Both the position numbers and the translations under genes were made by a program. This document shows, one piece after another, positions 37,240-45,241 of a stretch of DNA of 64,000 nucleotides. The stretch's first letter is position 1. Each line of letters opens with the position of its first letter. The notes beneath the pieces are model-generated. The model did not search any database, was not told the DNA's origin, and worked only from the letters and a program-made list of their open reading frames with translations. The stretch comes from a virus (taxonomy: Duplodnaviria; Caudoviricetes): positions 1-64,000 of the IMG/VR virus record IMGVR_UViG_3300006151_000007; one strand, given 5' to 3'.

Positions 37240-37578
37240 ATGTCCGCGCCGAACCTCAAAGAGATAGAATGGGCCATCTCTGAGTTGGAGCAGGAGGAGA
37301 GCTCCGAAGGCCGGTACACGCTGCTGGCCGCGCTCTACACCTGCCGGAACGAGATGCTTGGCCTGTCCGCTCCCCAGCCGCAGATCGCGGCCTACTCGGA
37401 AGCGCCGGCTCCGGCCCAAGAACGGCTGGGCCATTATGGCGACAGCGACTTTCTGAGGGCGGTAGCGGGGAAGGACCCGTCGGACGCATGGGCGGTCATG
37501 GACGAGCTCATGGAGACGCTCCAGGTGGTGAACCAGAGGGCCTATGACAGCGTGATGCGGAAGCTGGGGAGATTGTGA
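37240..37578 (+). CDS. Hypothetical protein
   Basis: AAGGGGG RBS; last gene of the operon. Confidence 0.75.
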   Translation: MSAPNLKEIEWAISELEQEESSEGRYTLLAALYTCRNEMLGLSAPQPQIAAYSEAPAPAQERLGHYGDSDFLRAVAGKDPSDAWAVMDELMETLQVVNQRAYDSVMRKLGRL

Positions 37579-37580
37579 CG

Positions 37581-37606
37581 AGGAGGGGCTGAGAGGCCCC
37601 TCCTTT
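37581..37606. terminator. Terminator at the prophage junction
   Basis: AGGAGGGGC-N6-GCCCCTCCT-TT. Confidence 0.75.
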
Positions 37607-37639
37607 GTTAGCCATATATAGTATGACCTACGGGTTAGT

Positions 37640-38965
37640 TCAATTATGGCGAAAAGGAGATACAAAAAAACGGTCGTCGTTCGTCACGGTTATCGTGCCG
37701 ATGACTCGGCTCCAAAACTCCTTTTTTTCCTGTCTTGAAAGCCATCCATACGCCATCAATATGTTTTGTACGGGCTTGATGTCTACGAGCTTGGGGGGCT
37801 GGGCTTCAGGAGCGTGGACTTCTCGCAACTGATCTCGCAGGGAAAGGTAGTCCCGTTCATACGACTCCTTTTCGATCAGGTCGTTCAGATACAGGTCCTT
37901 CAGCTTCTCCATCTTCCGCTTGATCTTTTCCACATCGACGGTCGGTCGTTTCGATACCGCCGATCGTGTGGCCAAAACATTATGCATCTCGTAGCTCGAT
38001 ATGAGGTTCTCCAAAAGCCATTGCTCCAGGACGAGTTCGCTCGTCCTTTTTTTATGTGTGCATAAGTGTAACTTCTCATATTTCGTACAGCGATAGTATG
38101 TATATTTTTTTGCGACCACATGAGCGCTCAACCGGTTCCCGCATTCTGCGCAACGCACGAGGCTGGTGAACAGATACACCCGGTCGGATCTGGCAAGGTT
38201 CCGTTGCGCTCGTTGCTTGAGCAATTCCTGGCATAGCTGGAACTGCTCCTGCGAAATGATAGGCGGGCAGAAGTCGTCTTGCCCGTGCGCGCGGCCGATG
38301 TATCGTTCGTTATCTAAGAGGGCGCGGATCCCGGTCTGCCCGTACACGAGGCCATATTTGTTCATGACGTATTCCCGCAAGGCCCGGACCGACCGGATGA
38401 TGGTATATTGCTGGAATATATCTTGTGCGATCGGCGCGGTGTCTGGGTCGATCGCCATCTTCTTGTTCTCTATCTTATATCCCAGAGGCACCTTTCCGCT
38501 GATGACCTCTCCACGCTGCACCTTATCTTCAAAAACGAACTTGATACGTTCTCCAGTCCTGTCCGCCTCGTCCTGAGCCACGCTGAGCATGATGTTTATC
38601 TTCAGCCGCCCGGATGCGGTGGAGGTGTCGTAATCCTCCTGGATGGTGCGCCAGTCCACGTGGCACTTCTCCAAGATCTCCTGGACTTTGTAGTACTCTG
38701 CGATATTGCGGAACCATCGGTCCAGCTTGGTGAACACGATGAGCTCGCCCCTTCCGGCCTGGGCGTCCAGGAGGAGTCGTTGCAGCTCCGGGCGCTTCTT
38801 GGCGGGCTTTCGGGCGGAAATGCCCGCGTCTATATAGACGCCCACCACCTTGTGCCCGTTGGTCTTGGCCCACTCCTCCAGGGCGGTGACCTGTGCCTCG
38901 ATGGACAAGCCATGGACCGCCTGCTCCTCAGTGGATACACGGGCGTATAGGAAAACTCGCTTCAT
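37640..38965 (-). CDS. Large serine recombinase (integrase)
   Basis: LYARVSTEEQ, FTKLDRWFRN, recombinase domain, Zn ribbon CAEC...YYRC. Confidence 0.95.
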   Translation of the reverse strand: MKRVFLYARVSTEEQAVHGLSIEAQVTALEEWAKTNGHKVVGVYIDAGISARKPAKKRPELQRLLLDAQAGRGELIVFTKLDRWFRNIAEYYKVQEILEKCHVDWRTIQEDYDTSTASGRLKINIMLSVAQDEADRTGERIKFVFEDKVQRGEVISGKVPLGYKIENKKMAIDPDTAPIAQDIFQQYTIIRSVRALREYVMNKYGLVYGQTGIRALLDNERYIGRAHGQDDFCPPIISQEQFQLCQELLKQRAQRNLARSDRVYLFTSLVRCAECGNRLSAHVVAKKYTYYRCTKYEKLHLCTHKKRTSELVLEQWLLENLISSYEMHNVLATRSAVSKRPTVDVEKIKRKMEKLKDLYLNDLIEKESYERDYLSLRDQLREVHAPEAQPPKLVDIKPVQNILMAYGWLSRQEKKEFWSRVIGTITVTNDDRFFVSPFRHN

Positions 38966-39101
38966 TTTATCATCTCCTGGAAAACGTTGCCCGACTCATG
39001 ATACCACAAATGGGGTCCAATAAACCGGCACTTTAAGCGATTTCTCGAAAAATCTACGGTTTCCACGAATGCGGCTGCTTCGTTTTGTGGAAGATTGCGG
39101 G

Positions 39102-39130
39102 TTGAAAGCGTGGAACGGTTGTATTATAAT
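39102..39130 (+). promoter_or_regulatory. SigmaA promoter facing the 3' end of the repressor gene
   Basis: TTGAAA-17-TATAAT. Confidence 0.75.
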
Positions 39131-39171
39131 TTGCAACAGGCAAGCGGATAATAGATTGGGAGGAGATATCG

Positions 39172-39273
39172 ATGAGGGACGCAATTTTAAGGGAAAAGAT
39201 TTTGGAACTTCTTGAATCAGCCAAAGAACGCGAACTAGACCTAATATATAGGATCCTAAAAAACATGATATAG
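39172..39273 (+). CDS. 33-aa helical peptide
   Basis: GGGAGGAG RBS; MRDAILREKILELLESAKERELDLIYRILKNMI; not in the ORF track. Confidence 0.7.
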   Translation: MRDAILREKILELLESAKERELDLIYRILKNMI

Positions 39274-39299
39274 AGATTACTTGGACTGAGCCAAACGGC

Positions 39300-39707
39300 T
39301 CAGTCCTTTTTTGTATCCCCAAACAACTCTAGCGCCTTTCGTTCAATAAACTCCCACTCTGATTCATCCAGCCGGGCCAATATCGACACAAAGCGTCGCT
39401 TAAAATTATCTTCTTCTCCTTTCAAAATGTTTCCGACAAAATCTGCGATTTCTTGGCTACGGGTCGTAGGCACGAACATGTCTCCCTCGCCAGTTCGAAG
39501 CCAATTTTCATTTACATCAAACTCTCGGCAGATAGCCAAACGTATTTGGTCGGAAACTGCATTTTCTCCATGTTCAATTTTAGAAATAGCAGATTTTTGT
39601 ACGCCTACCCGTTCTCCAAATTTCTCCATTGTCAAGGCCTTAGCTTTCCTCACCTCTTTGATCCTTTCGTTTTCGGTCAAATCGACCACCTCCTTATTTA
39701 CATTCAT
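39300..39707 (-). CDS. CI-like XRE repressor
   Basis: RIKEVRKAKALTMEKFGERVGVQKSAISKIEHG...WLRTGEG. Confidence 0.9.
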   Translation of the reverse strand: MNVNKEVVDLTENERIKEVRKAKALTMEKFGERVGVQKSAISKIEHGENAVSDQIRLAICREFDVNENWLRTGEGDMFVPTTRSQEIADFVGNILKGEEDNFKRRFVSILARLDESEWEFIERKALELFGDTKKD

Positions 39708-39796
39708 ACTATAGCATAAAAAAAATGGACCGTCAAGAAAGAAGTTTCTTTAAGACACAGAAAAAGCTTGACAAAGTTTCTTTAAGGGATTATACT
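39700..39796. promoter_or_regulatory. Divergent lysis/lysogeny promoters with a repeated operator
   Basis: Rightward TTGACA-17-TATACT (39768-39796); leftward TTGACG...TATAGT; AAGTTTCTTTAAG at 39742 and 39774. Confidence 0.75.
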
Positions 39797-39828
39797 GTGC
39801 CTGTAAGATACGAACAGGAGGTGAGACG

Positions 39829-39981
39829 ATGTCTGAGAAGGACAAAAGAATCATGGAGACATTTGAAAGGGTCGTTCCCAATCTGAGCGAAATCGACAAG
39901 GAAAAGCTGCTGGCTTTTGGTGAGGGCGTAGCTCTTATGGCCGAGCGGCAGAGGAGCGGCCTAACTCATGGCAGCGCGTGA
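39829..39981 (+). CDS. 50-aa protein in the cro position, no evident HTH
   Basis: AGGAGGTG RBS; MSEKDKRIMETFERVVPNLSEIDKEKLLAFGEGVALMA. Confidence 0.75.
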   Translation: MSEKDKRIMETFERVVPNLSEIDKEKLLAFGEGVALMAERQRSGLTHGSA

Positions 39982-40465
39982 GGGGAGGTGAGGATGTGGA
40001 AATCATCATTAAGGGCGAACCCAATGAAATCGCTGCCCTCGTGCTGGCGGCACAGGAGCAACAGACCCACGTGGAGGGCATTGACGTAAAAAAGCTGATC
40101 GCGGAAATCAACCGCGCCACCCAGGAAGCTGGAAAAGCTGTCTTGTTGGTGTAAGCCCAACTACCTGCTGGGCCTTGACGCCAGCCGGCCCAGCGCGTGA
40201 GGGGGAAGGTCGGCGGGGGAGGGGGTGAGTCATTGAAAAAGACTTTTGAAGAAATCAACAATTCTAGGCCATTCTTGTACAGTGAGAACGATGAGACCCG
40301 CAACAGTAGAATTGATGATTGCAACCGCAATGTCGTGCCTGAACTTCTCTCGCTCATTTATGGGACCCTTCGCATCCTGCTCTTTTTTATCAGCATTTTC
40401 TCTGGTGCGATCATTGCGCTCCTTCTCAGAATGATTGCCACACTTACCTGAGAGGAGGTGAGCAT

Positions 40466-40627
40466 GTGGACCATCCCCATTCTTTTGAGGACTACAAGGC
40501 CGCGCTCCAGGACACGCCCAGCGAACGTATCCGAGAGGAGCTGCTGGCCGAAGCAGACAGGGGCGGCAGGTTCTCCCCCTGGCAGATGGCGGAGCTTTCT
40601 ATGGTCCGGGCGGAGTTGTGGGCGTGA
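40466..40627 (+). CDS. 53-aa hypothetical protein
   Basis: GGAGGTG RBS; GTG start; MDHPHSFEDYKAALQ... Confidence 0.5.
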   Translation: MDHPHSFEDYKAALQDTPSERIREELLAEADRGGRFSPWQMAELSMVRAELWA

Positions 40628-40702
40628 AAGGAGCGCCTGGGCCGTCAGCATCATGCCGTTGGATGATCCAGACAAACTCTATACAGCAAAGGGGAAAGTC
40701 AA

Positions 40703-41239
40703 ATGAAAGCAAAAGATTTCTATGGCAGGAGCGTCGTGGACAGCCGTGAGGTCGCGGCGATGGTGGAGAAGAAGCATAAGAATCTTCTTGCCGACATTCG
40801 TGGGTACATCGAAATAATGGAGAGATCTGGAGAGCTGAAATTTCAGCCGTCCGAATTCTTTATCCTCAGTACTTATGTAAGTGAGCAGAACAAAGAGCTC
40901 CCTTGCTACTTGATCACCAAAAAAGGCTGCGACATGATCGCCAACAAACTCACGGGAGAGAAGGGCGTGCTGTTCACTGCCGCCTACGTGTCGGCCTTCG
41001 AGGAGATGCAGCAAGCCATCACGGCCCCCAGGCACATCCCCGAGGTCTCGCCGGGAGGGCTGGCCAAGCTCATCCTTGCCACCCGCAAGGTGATGCTGGA
41101 GGCTGGGAGCTCCTCCCTCGACGTGCGGGAGGCCACCAGGAGCATCTATGAGACTTGGCGCGTCCCCGTCCCGCCCGTGCTCACGAAGCATCTCCCCGAC
41201 CAGATCAGTTTGTTCGAATGCCCTGCCTTGGAGCAGTAA
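40703..41239 (+). CDS. Rha-family regulator
   Basis: VVDSREVAAMVEKKH...CYLITKKGCDMIANK; paralog of 31754. Confidence 0.85.
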   Translation: MKAKDFYGRSVVDSREVAAMVEKKHKNLLADIRGYIEIMERSGELKFQPSEFFILSTYVSEQNKELPCYLITKKGCDMIANKLTGEKGVLFTAAYVSAFEEMQQAITAPRHIPEVSPGGLAKLILATRKVMLEAGSSSLDVREATRSIYETWRVPVPPVLTKHLPDQISLFECPALEQ

Positions 41240-41547
41240 AAAGTTCCGTCCAGCGGTGCAAGCCGGACAGGCACAGCGACATATCTTTGAAAGAAGGAGA
41301 TGATCCTATGGCGATGTTCGATCCAGTCTGTGTTACAAAAGTGATGAGCGATATCTTGAGTCGCAGAGGTGTGGAGCTGATACTCGTGCCAAAAGGCGAG
41401 CCGACACCGTCTCAGGATCGACCTGAGGAGTCTGCATGAAGGTCCGCTGGATGGTCTTCCATCCAGCGGTGATGGACAAGCCCTATCGGATCATGCCTCA
41501 ACGATGAGCTTTTGACGTGAAGGGTCGTCTGTGGTCTTGACATAGTT

Positions 41548-42378
41548 GTGGGTATGAAAATACATTTTGTAACTTTGAGGAGGATAAAAATGATCGAACT
41601 GACAAGAAACTTTCCCCTGGACGTCATCGAGCAGGGGTTGAAGGACGAGGACTGGCGTGTACGGGCCGCAGCGATGGACGCCTGTCAGGGGCGAGAGGTG
41701 CCCTTGGACATCATCGAGCAGGGGTTGAAGGACGAGGACTGGCGTGTACGGGCCGCAGCGGTGAACGCCTGTCAGGGGCGAGAGGTGCCCTTGGACATCA
41801 TCGAGCAGGGGTTGAAGGACGAGGACTGGCGTGTACGGGTCGCAGCGGTGAACGCCTGTCAGGGGCGAGAGGTGCCCTTGGACATCATCGAGCAGGGGTT
41901 GAAGGACGAGGACTACGATGTACGGACCGCAGCGATGGACGCCTGTCAGGGGCGAGAGGTGCCCCTGGACATCATCGAGCAGTGGTTGAAGGACGAGGAC
42001 TGGCGTGTACGGGCCGCAGCGGTGAACGCCTGTCAGGGGCGAGAGGTGCCCTTGGACATCATCGAGCAGGGGTTGAAGGACGAGGACTGGCGTGTACGGG
42101 TCGCAGCGGTGAACGCCTGTCAGGGGCGAGAGGTGCCCTTGGACATCATCGAGCAGGGGTTGAAGGACGAGGACTACGATGTACGGACCGCAGCGATGGA
42201 CGCCTGTCAGGGGCGAGAGGTGCCCCTGGACATCATCGAGCAGTGGTTGAAGGACGAGGACTGGCGTGTACGGGCCGCAGCAATGAATGTATGGCCAGAG
42301 GGTGATCACCACCGAACTGCTGGCCCAGGTCTACGAGACCGACACCAACAACATCACACAGAATTTCAAGCGCAATAA
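41548..42378 (+). CDS. HEAT-repeat protein (29-aa repeats)
   Basis: Eight copies of PLDIIEQGLKDEDWRVRAAAVNACQGREV; start probably 41590. Confidence 0.75.
   Translation: MGMKIHFVTLRRIKMIELTRNFPLDVIEQGLKDEDWRVRAAAMDACQGREVPLDIIEQGLKDEDWRVRAAAVNACQGREVPLDIIEQGLKDEDWRVRVAAVNACQGREVPLDIIEQGLKDEDYDVRTAAMDACQGREVPLDIIEQWLKDEDWRVRAAAVNACQGREVPLDIIEQGLKDEDWRVRVAAVNACQGREVPLDIIEQGLKDEDYDVRTAAMDACQGREVPLDIIEQWLKDEDWRVRAAAMNVWPEGDHHRTAGPGLRDRHQQHHTEFQAQ
41614..42290 (+). repeat. 87-bp tandem repeat, about 8 units
   Basis: Unit starts at 41614, 41701, 41788, 41875, 41962, 42049, 42136 and 42223. Confidence 0.95.
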
Positions 42379-43123
42379 AAGCAATTTTAGGGAAGGGGTC
42401 CATTACTTCCTGCTGCAAGGAAAGGACTTGGACTCCTTCAGATTGCAAGTGACTGATAGTCATCTGCAAATTTCTCCAATGACTCGCTCACTTTACCTTT
42501 GGACCGAGCGCGGTGCCAACCGCCACTGCAAGATTCTGGACACCCCCAAAGCCTGGGAGCAGTTCGACAACCTGGAGGAGACCTACTTCATGGTGAAAGA
42601 GCAAAGGCGGGAGGCGGTGCAGGGGAAGCGTGCCAGCTCCGCAGAAGAACTGGCCGCCGAGAAGCGTGCCACCACCATGCTGCTCAACGCCAAGAACCGC
42701 GCCGCCGCGTTCCTCCAAAAGCTCTATGACCGGGCCGGGGTCAAGCCGGAGTATCAGGCGCTGGCGGTCAGTGACTTCTACCAGACCGACGGCGTCCACC
42801 TCCCGCGCATCGCCTTACAGGGCACGAAGGTCACCTATGACAAAAGAACGATCGCGGAAAAGCTGGGCGTCTATTCCAAAGCCTCGGGCGGCAAGGCGCC
42901 CCACACGCAGGCCATGGGAGCGATCATCTCCGAACTGACGCTCTCGCCGGAGGAGCGAGAGGCGGTCCCTTACATCCGCAACGGCCATGATGGGACGGAC
43001 TTCCAGTACACGCAGAGCGTCATCGACAAGGTCCGCAGTTGGTTGGAGGAGCGGGCCTGGCCGGATACGATCTCTGCCGGAGGCAAGAACTATCCCATCG
43101 TGTATCGAAAAGCGAAGGGATGA
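42287..43123 (+). CDS. ORF6N-domain DNA-binding protein
   Basis: GQRVITTELLAQVYE...NF.RN...F.EG.HYF.L...LYLWTERGA.RH.KIL. Confidence 0.85.
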   Translation: MYGQRVITTELLAQVYETDTNNITQNFKRNKSNFREGVHYFLLQGKDLDSFRLQVTDSHLQISPMTRSLYLWTERGANRHCKILDTPKAWEQFDNLEETYFMVKEQRREAVQGKRASSAEELAAEKRATTMLLNAKNRAAAFLQKLYDRAGVKPEYQALAVSDFYQTDGVHLPRIALQGTKVTYDKRTIAEKLGVYSKASGGKAPHTQAMGAIISELTLSPEEREAVPYIRNGHDGTDFQYTQSVIDKVRSWLEERAWPDTISAGGKNYPIVYRKAKG

Positions 43124-43204
43124 GGGCACCTATCCCACATATGTGGATAGGGCCGGAAGATCGTGTCGGCAGCGTTTTTTGTACATTTGAATGAGGAGGC
43201 AACT

Positions 43205-43492
43205 ATGGAAACGAAGATCGAAGCAGGTTCGAGAGTGTGGGTCGTAGAGCGCGACGAAGAAGGTCTCGCCTGTGAGGTGTCGGGGTATATGTTCCTCGCG
43301 GAAGTGGCTGGGTTCGTCATCGCGACACCCTATATCAGCGGCACGAAGCATATCGAAAGTATCATGGCCTACCACGCCCAGATGACCGCCGAGAATTACG
43401 ACACAGATCTGGCCGTGCTCCCGGCCGAGGACTGCTGGCCCACGAGAGAGGCCGCGCTCGCGGCGCTTGAAGAGGAGGGGGGAGCGCGATGA
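43205..43492 (+). CDS. Phage hypothetical protein
   Basis: GAGGAGG RBS before METKIEAG. Confidence 0.6.
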   Translation: METKIEAGSRVWVVERDEEGLACEVSGYMFLAEVAGFVIATPYISGTKHIESIMAYHAQMTAENYDTDLAVLPAEDCWPTREAALAALEEEGGAR

Positions 43493-44070
43493 GGAAGCGT
43501 CTGGACGATTTGTTCGCCCTGCTGATGCTGGCCTTCGGAGTGGCGGCGGTGCTGGCCGGCGGCTGGTGCCTGGCCCATTCCATCGATCGGGCCGGGGAGG
43601 AGGCAGAGCCTATCCCTGTGGCCAGCGTACATATCGAGCTGCCCCAGCCGTCCCTTGAGCCTGCGCCCGCGCAGGAGCCGCTGCCCACGCCGACTCCAGC
43701 GCCTTACGACCCGGACGTCCCACTGTCCCTGGAGCTCCAGCTCGTGCTCGACGAAGTCTGCGCTGAGACCGGGGTCCCTGTGGCCCTGGCCCTGGGTTTG
43801 ATCGAGGTGGAGAGCGGTTTCCAGGCGGACGCCGTGAGCCCGTCGGGCTGCGTGGGCCTTTGCCAACTGAACCCCCTCTATTTCCCGGACGAGCTCTCCC
43901 CGGCGGACAACATCCGCTATGGTGTGCGCCATCTGGGCGAGCTATTGGAACGGTACGGGGACACGGCGGCAGCCCTCACTTCATATAACGCTGGCCACGA
44001 CACCGGCGCGAGAAGCTACGCGGACGCCGTGCTCGCGGCGGCGGAAAGGTGGGGGGAGCTGTGTACATGA
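43489..44070 (+). CDS. Membrane-anchored lytic transglycosylase (SLT domain)
   Basis: N-terminal TM; LIEVESGF.ADAVS..GCVGLCQL; ALTSYNAG. Confidence 0.85.
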   Translation: MRKRLDDLFALLMLAFGVAAVLAGGWCLAHSIDRAGEEAEPIPVASVHIELPQPSLEPAPAQEPLPTPTPAPYDPDVPLSLELQLVLDEVCAETGVPVALALGLIEVESGFQADAVSPSGCVGLCQLNPLYFPDELSPADNIRYGVRHLGELLERYGDTAAALTSYNAGHDTGARSYADAVLAAAERWGELCT

Positions 44071-44135
44071 GGTCTGGCCGGGTCCAGGAAGGGCAAAGTG
44101 AGGTATTGGACCGCATCGACCAGGGGGGAAAGGGA

Positions 44136-45107
44136 ATGAGCGGAGGACTACACCTTGACGATCCCCGGTCACAGTATATCGCAAGGATCAGTCACGGGAA
44201 AGACAGCCTGAAAATGCTGGATGTGATCGTGTCGCGCGGCCTTCGGCTCGACCGGATAACCACAACGGATATTTGGGCGACCGATACCATACGTGGGGAA
44301 CATCCGGAAATGGTGGAGTTCAAAGCGCGGGCGGATGAATACATCTGGCGGAGATACCGCATAGAAGTCGAACACCTATGCGCTATGAGGAACGGCGAAA
44401 AGGTCACGTATGAAAAGCTGTTTTACCATGTGCCGAAACGCAAGCCCGAGAAATGCAGGGGAGACATCGTCAACGATAAGGGAGGATCCTCGGGCCCCCG
44501 ACGCTGTGGGGACCGTGGTATCGATCGGACCTCGCACGGAACGCGAACGGACAGGCCGCAAGGCTTCCCTGCACAGATCGGGAGCTGGTGCAAGAAGCTC
44601 AAGATCGACTATATACGGATCCCAAGTCAGTGTCGGTCGGGAAGGGGATCTGCGTACCAAGCTCAAAACAAGGGCTTCCGGCAGCCCCACCGCATCGTGG
44701 AATACCTGGGGATAGCTGCGGACGAACCAAAACGATTCGGACAGTTGAGCGACAGGAAACGCGCCCCTCTTGTGGAGTTTGGGATCGAAGAGGGTTTGTG
44801 CGGGCTTTACTGCCAGTATGAAGGGATACTTGCCCCAAGCTATGGAGCGAGCTGCCGGGACGGGTGCTGGATGTGTCACAACCAGGGCGTGGACCAGCTA
44901 CGACAGCTACGAAAAAACCATCCGGAGTTGTGGGCGCTGCTCCTGAAATGGGATGCGGACAGTCCGGTGTCCTTCAAGCCGAACGGCCGCACGGTACACG
45001 ATCATGACCGGCGCTTCCAGATGGAGGACGAGGGCCTGATCCGAGCAGATGATAGGGGCTTTCGATGGTCCATGCTGGATGAACAGTTGAACTACAGATT
45101 GTTTTGA
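44136..45107 (+). CDS. PAPS-reductase-family protein
   Basis: RISHGKDS PP-loop; YLGIAADEPKR; RDGCWMCHNQ. Confidence 0.75.
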   Translation: MSGGLHLDDPRSQYIARISHGKDSLKMLDVIVSRGLRLDRITTTDIWATDTIRGEHPEMVEFKARADEYIWRRYRIEVEHLCAMRNGEKVTYEKLFYHVPKRKPEKCRGDIVNDKGGSSGPRRCGDRGIDRTSHGTRTDRPQGFPAQIGSWCKKLKIDYIRIPSQCRSGRGSAYQAQNKGFRQPHRIVEYLGIAADEPKRFGQLSDRKRAPLVEFGIEEGLCGLYCQYEGILAPSYGASCRDGCWMCHNQGVDQLRQLRKNHPELWALLLKWDADSPVSFKPNGRTVHDHDRRFQMEDEGLIRADDRGFRWSMLDEQLNYRLF

Positions 45108-45119
45108 AAAGAGGCAGAC

Positions 45120-45160
45120 ATGAGACCTATCTACGAACCGAAGGGCGCGGCGGAGAGTGT
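45120..45160 (+). pseudogene. Possible N-terminal remnant of a phage radical-SAM gene
   Basis: MRPIYEPKGAA resembles the start of phage radical-SAM proteins (from recall), then the similarity stops. Confidence 0.35.
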
Positions 45161-45241
45161 CGACTACTGGAGGCCACCCAGCTATCCCCATACATCCCCA
45201 CATGGCATCCAGGGAAGGAGCAGGATAGGGAGGTGGTCTAG

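Larger units (their letters stand above)
1..37604 (+). mobile_element. Prophage 1 (siphovirus, left part outside window)
   Basis: Colinear terminase-portal-head-tail-lysis genes followed by cargo; ends at the hairpin before the integrase of prophage 2. Confidence 0.9.

Noticed and set aside
41614-42290. CRISPR array
   Set aside because: Contiguous 87-bp coding repeats, no unique spacers, no cas genes
41491-42312. 273-aa minus-strand ORF
   Set aside because: Antisense shadow of the stop-free tandem repeat
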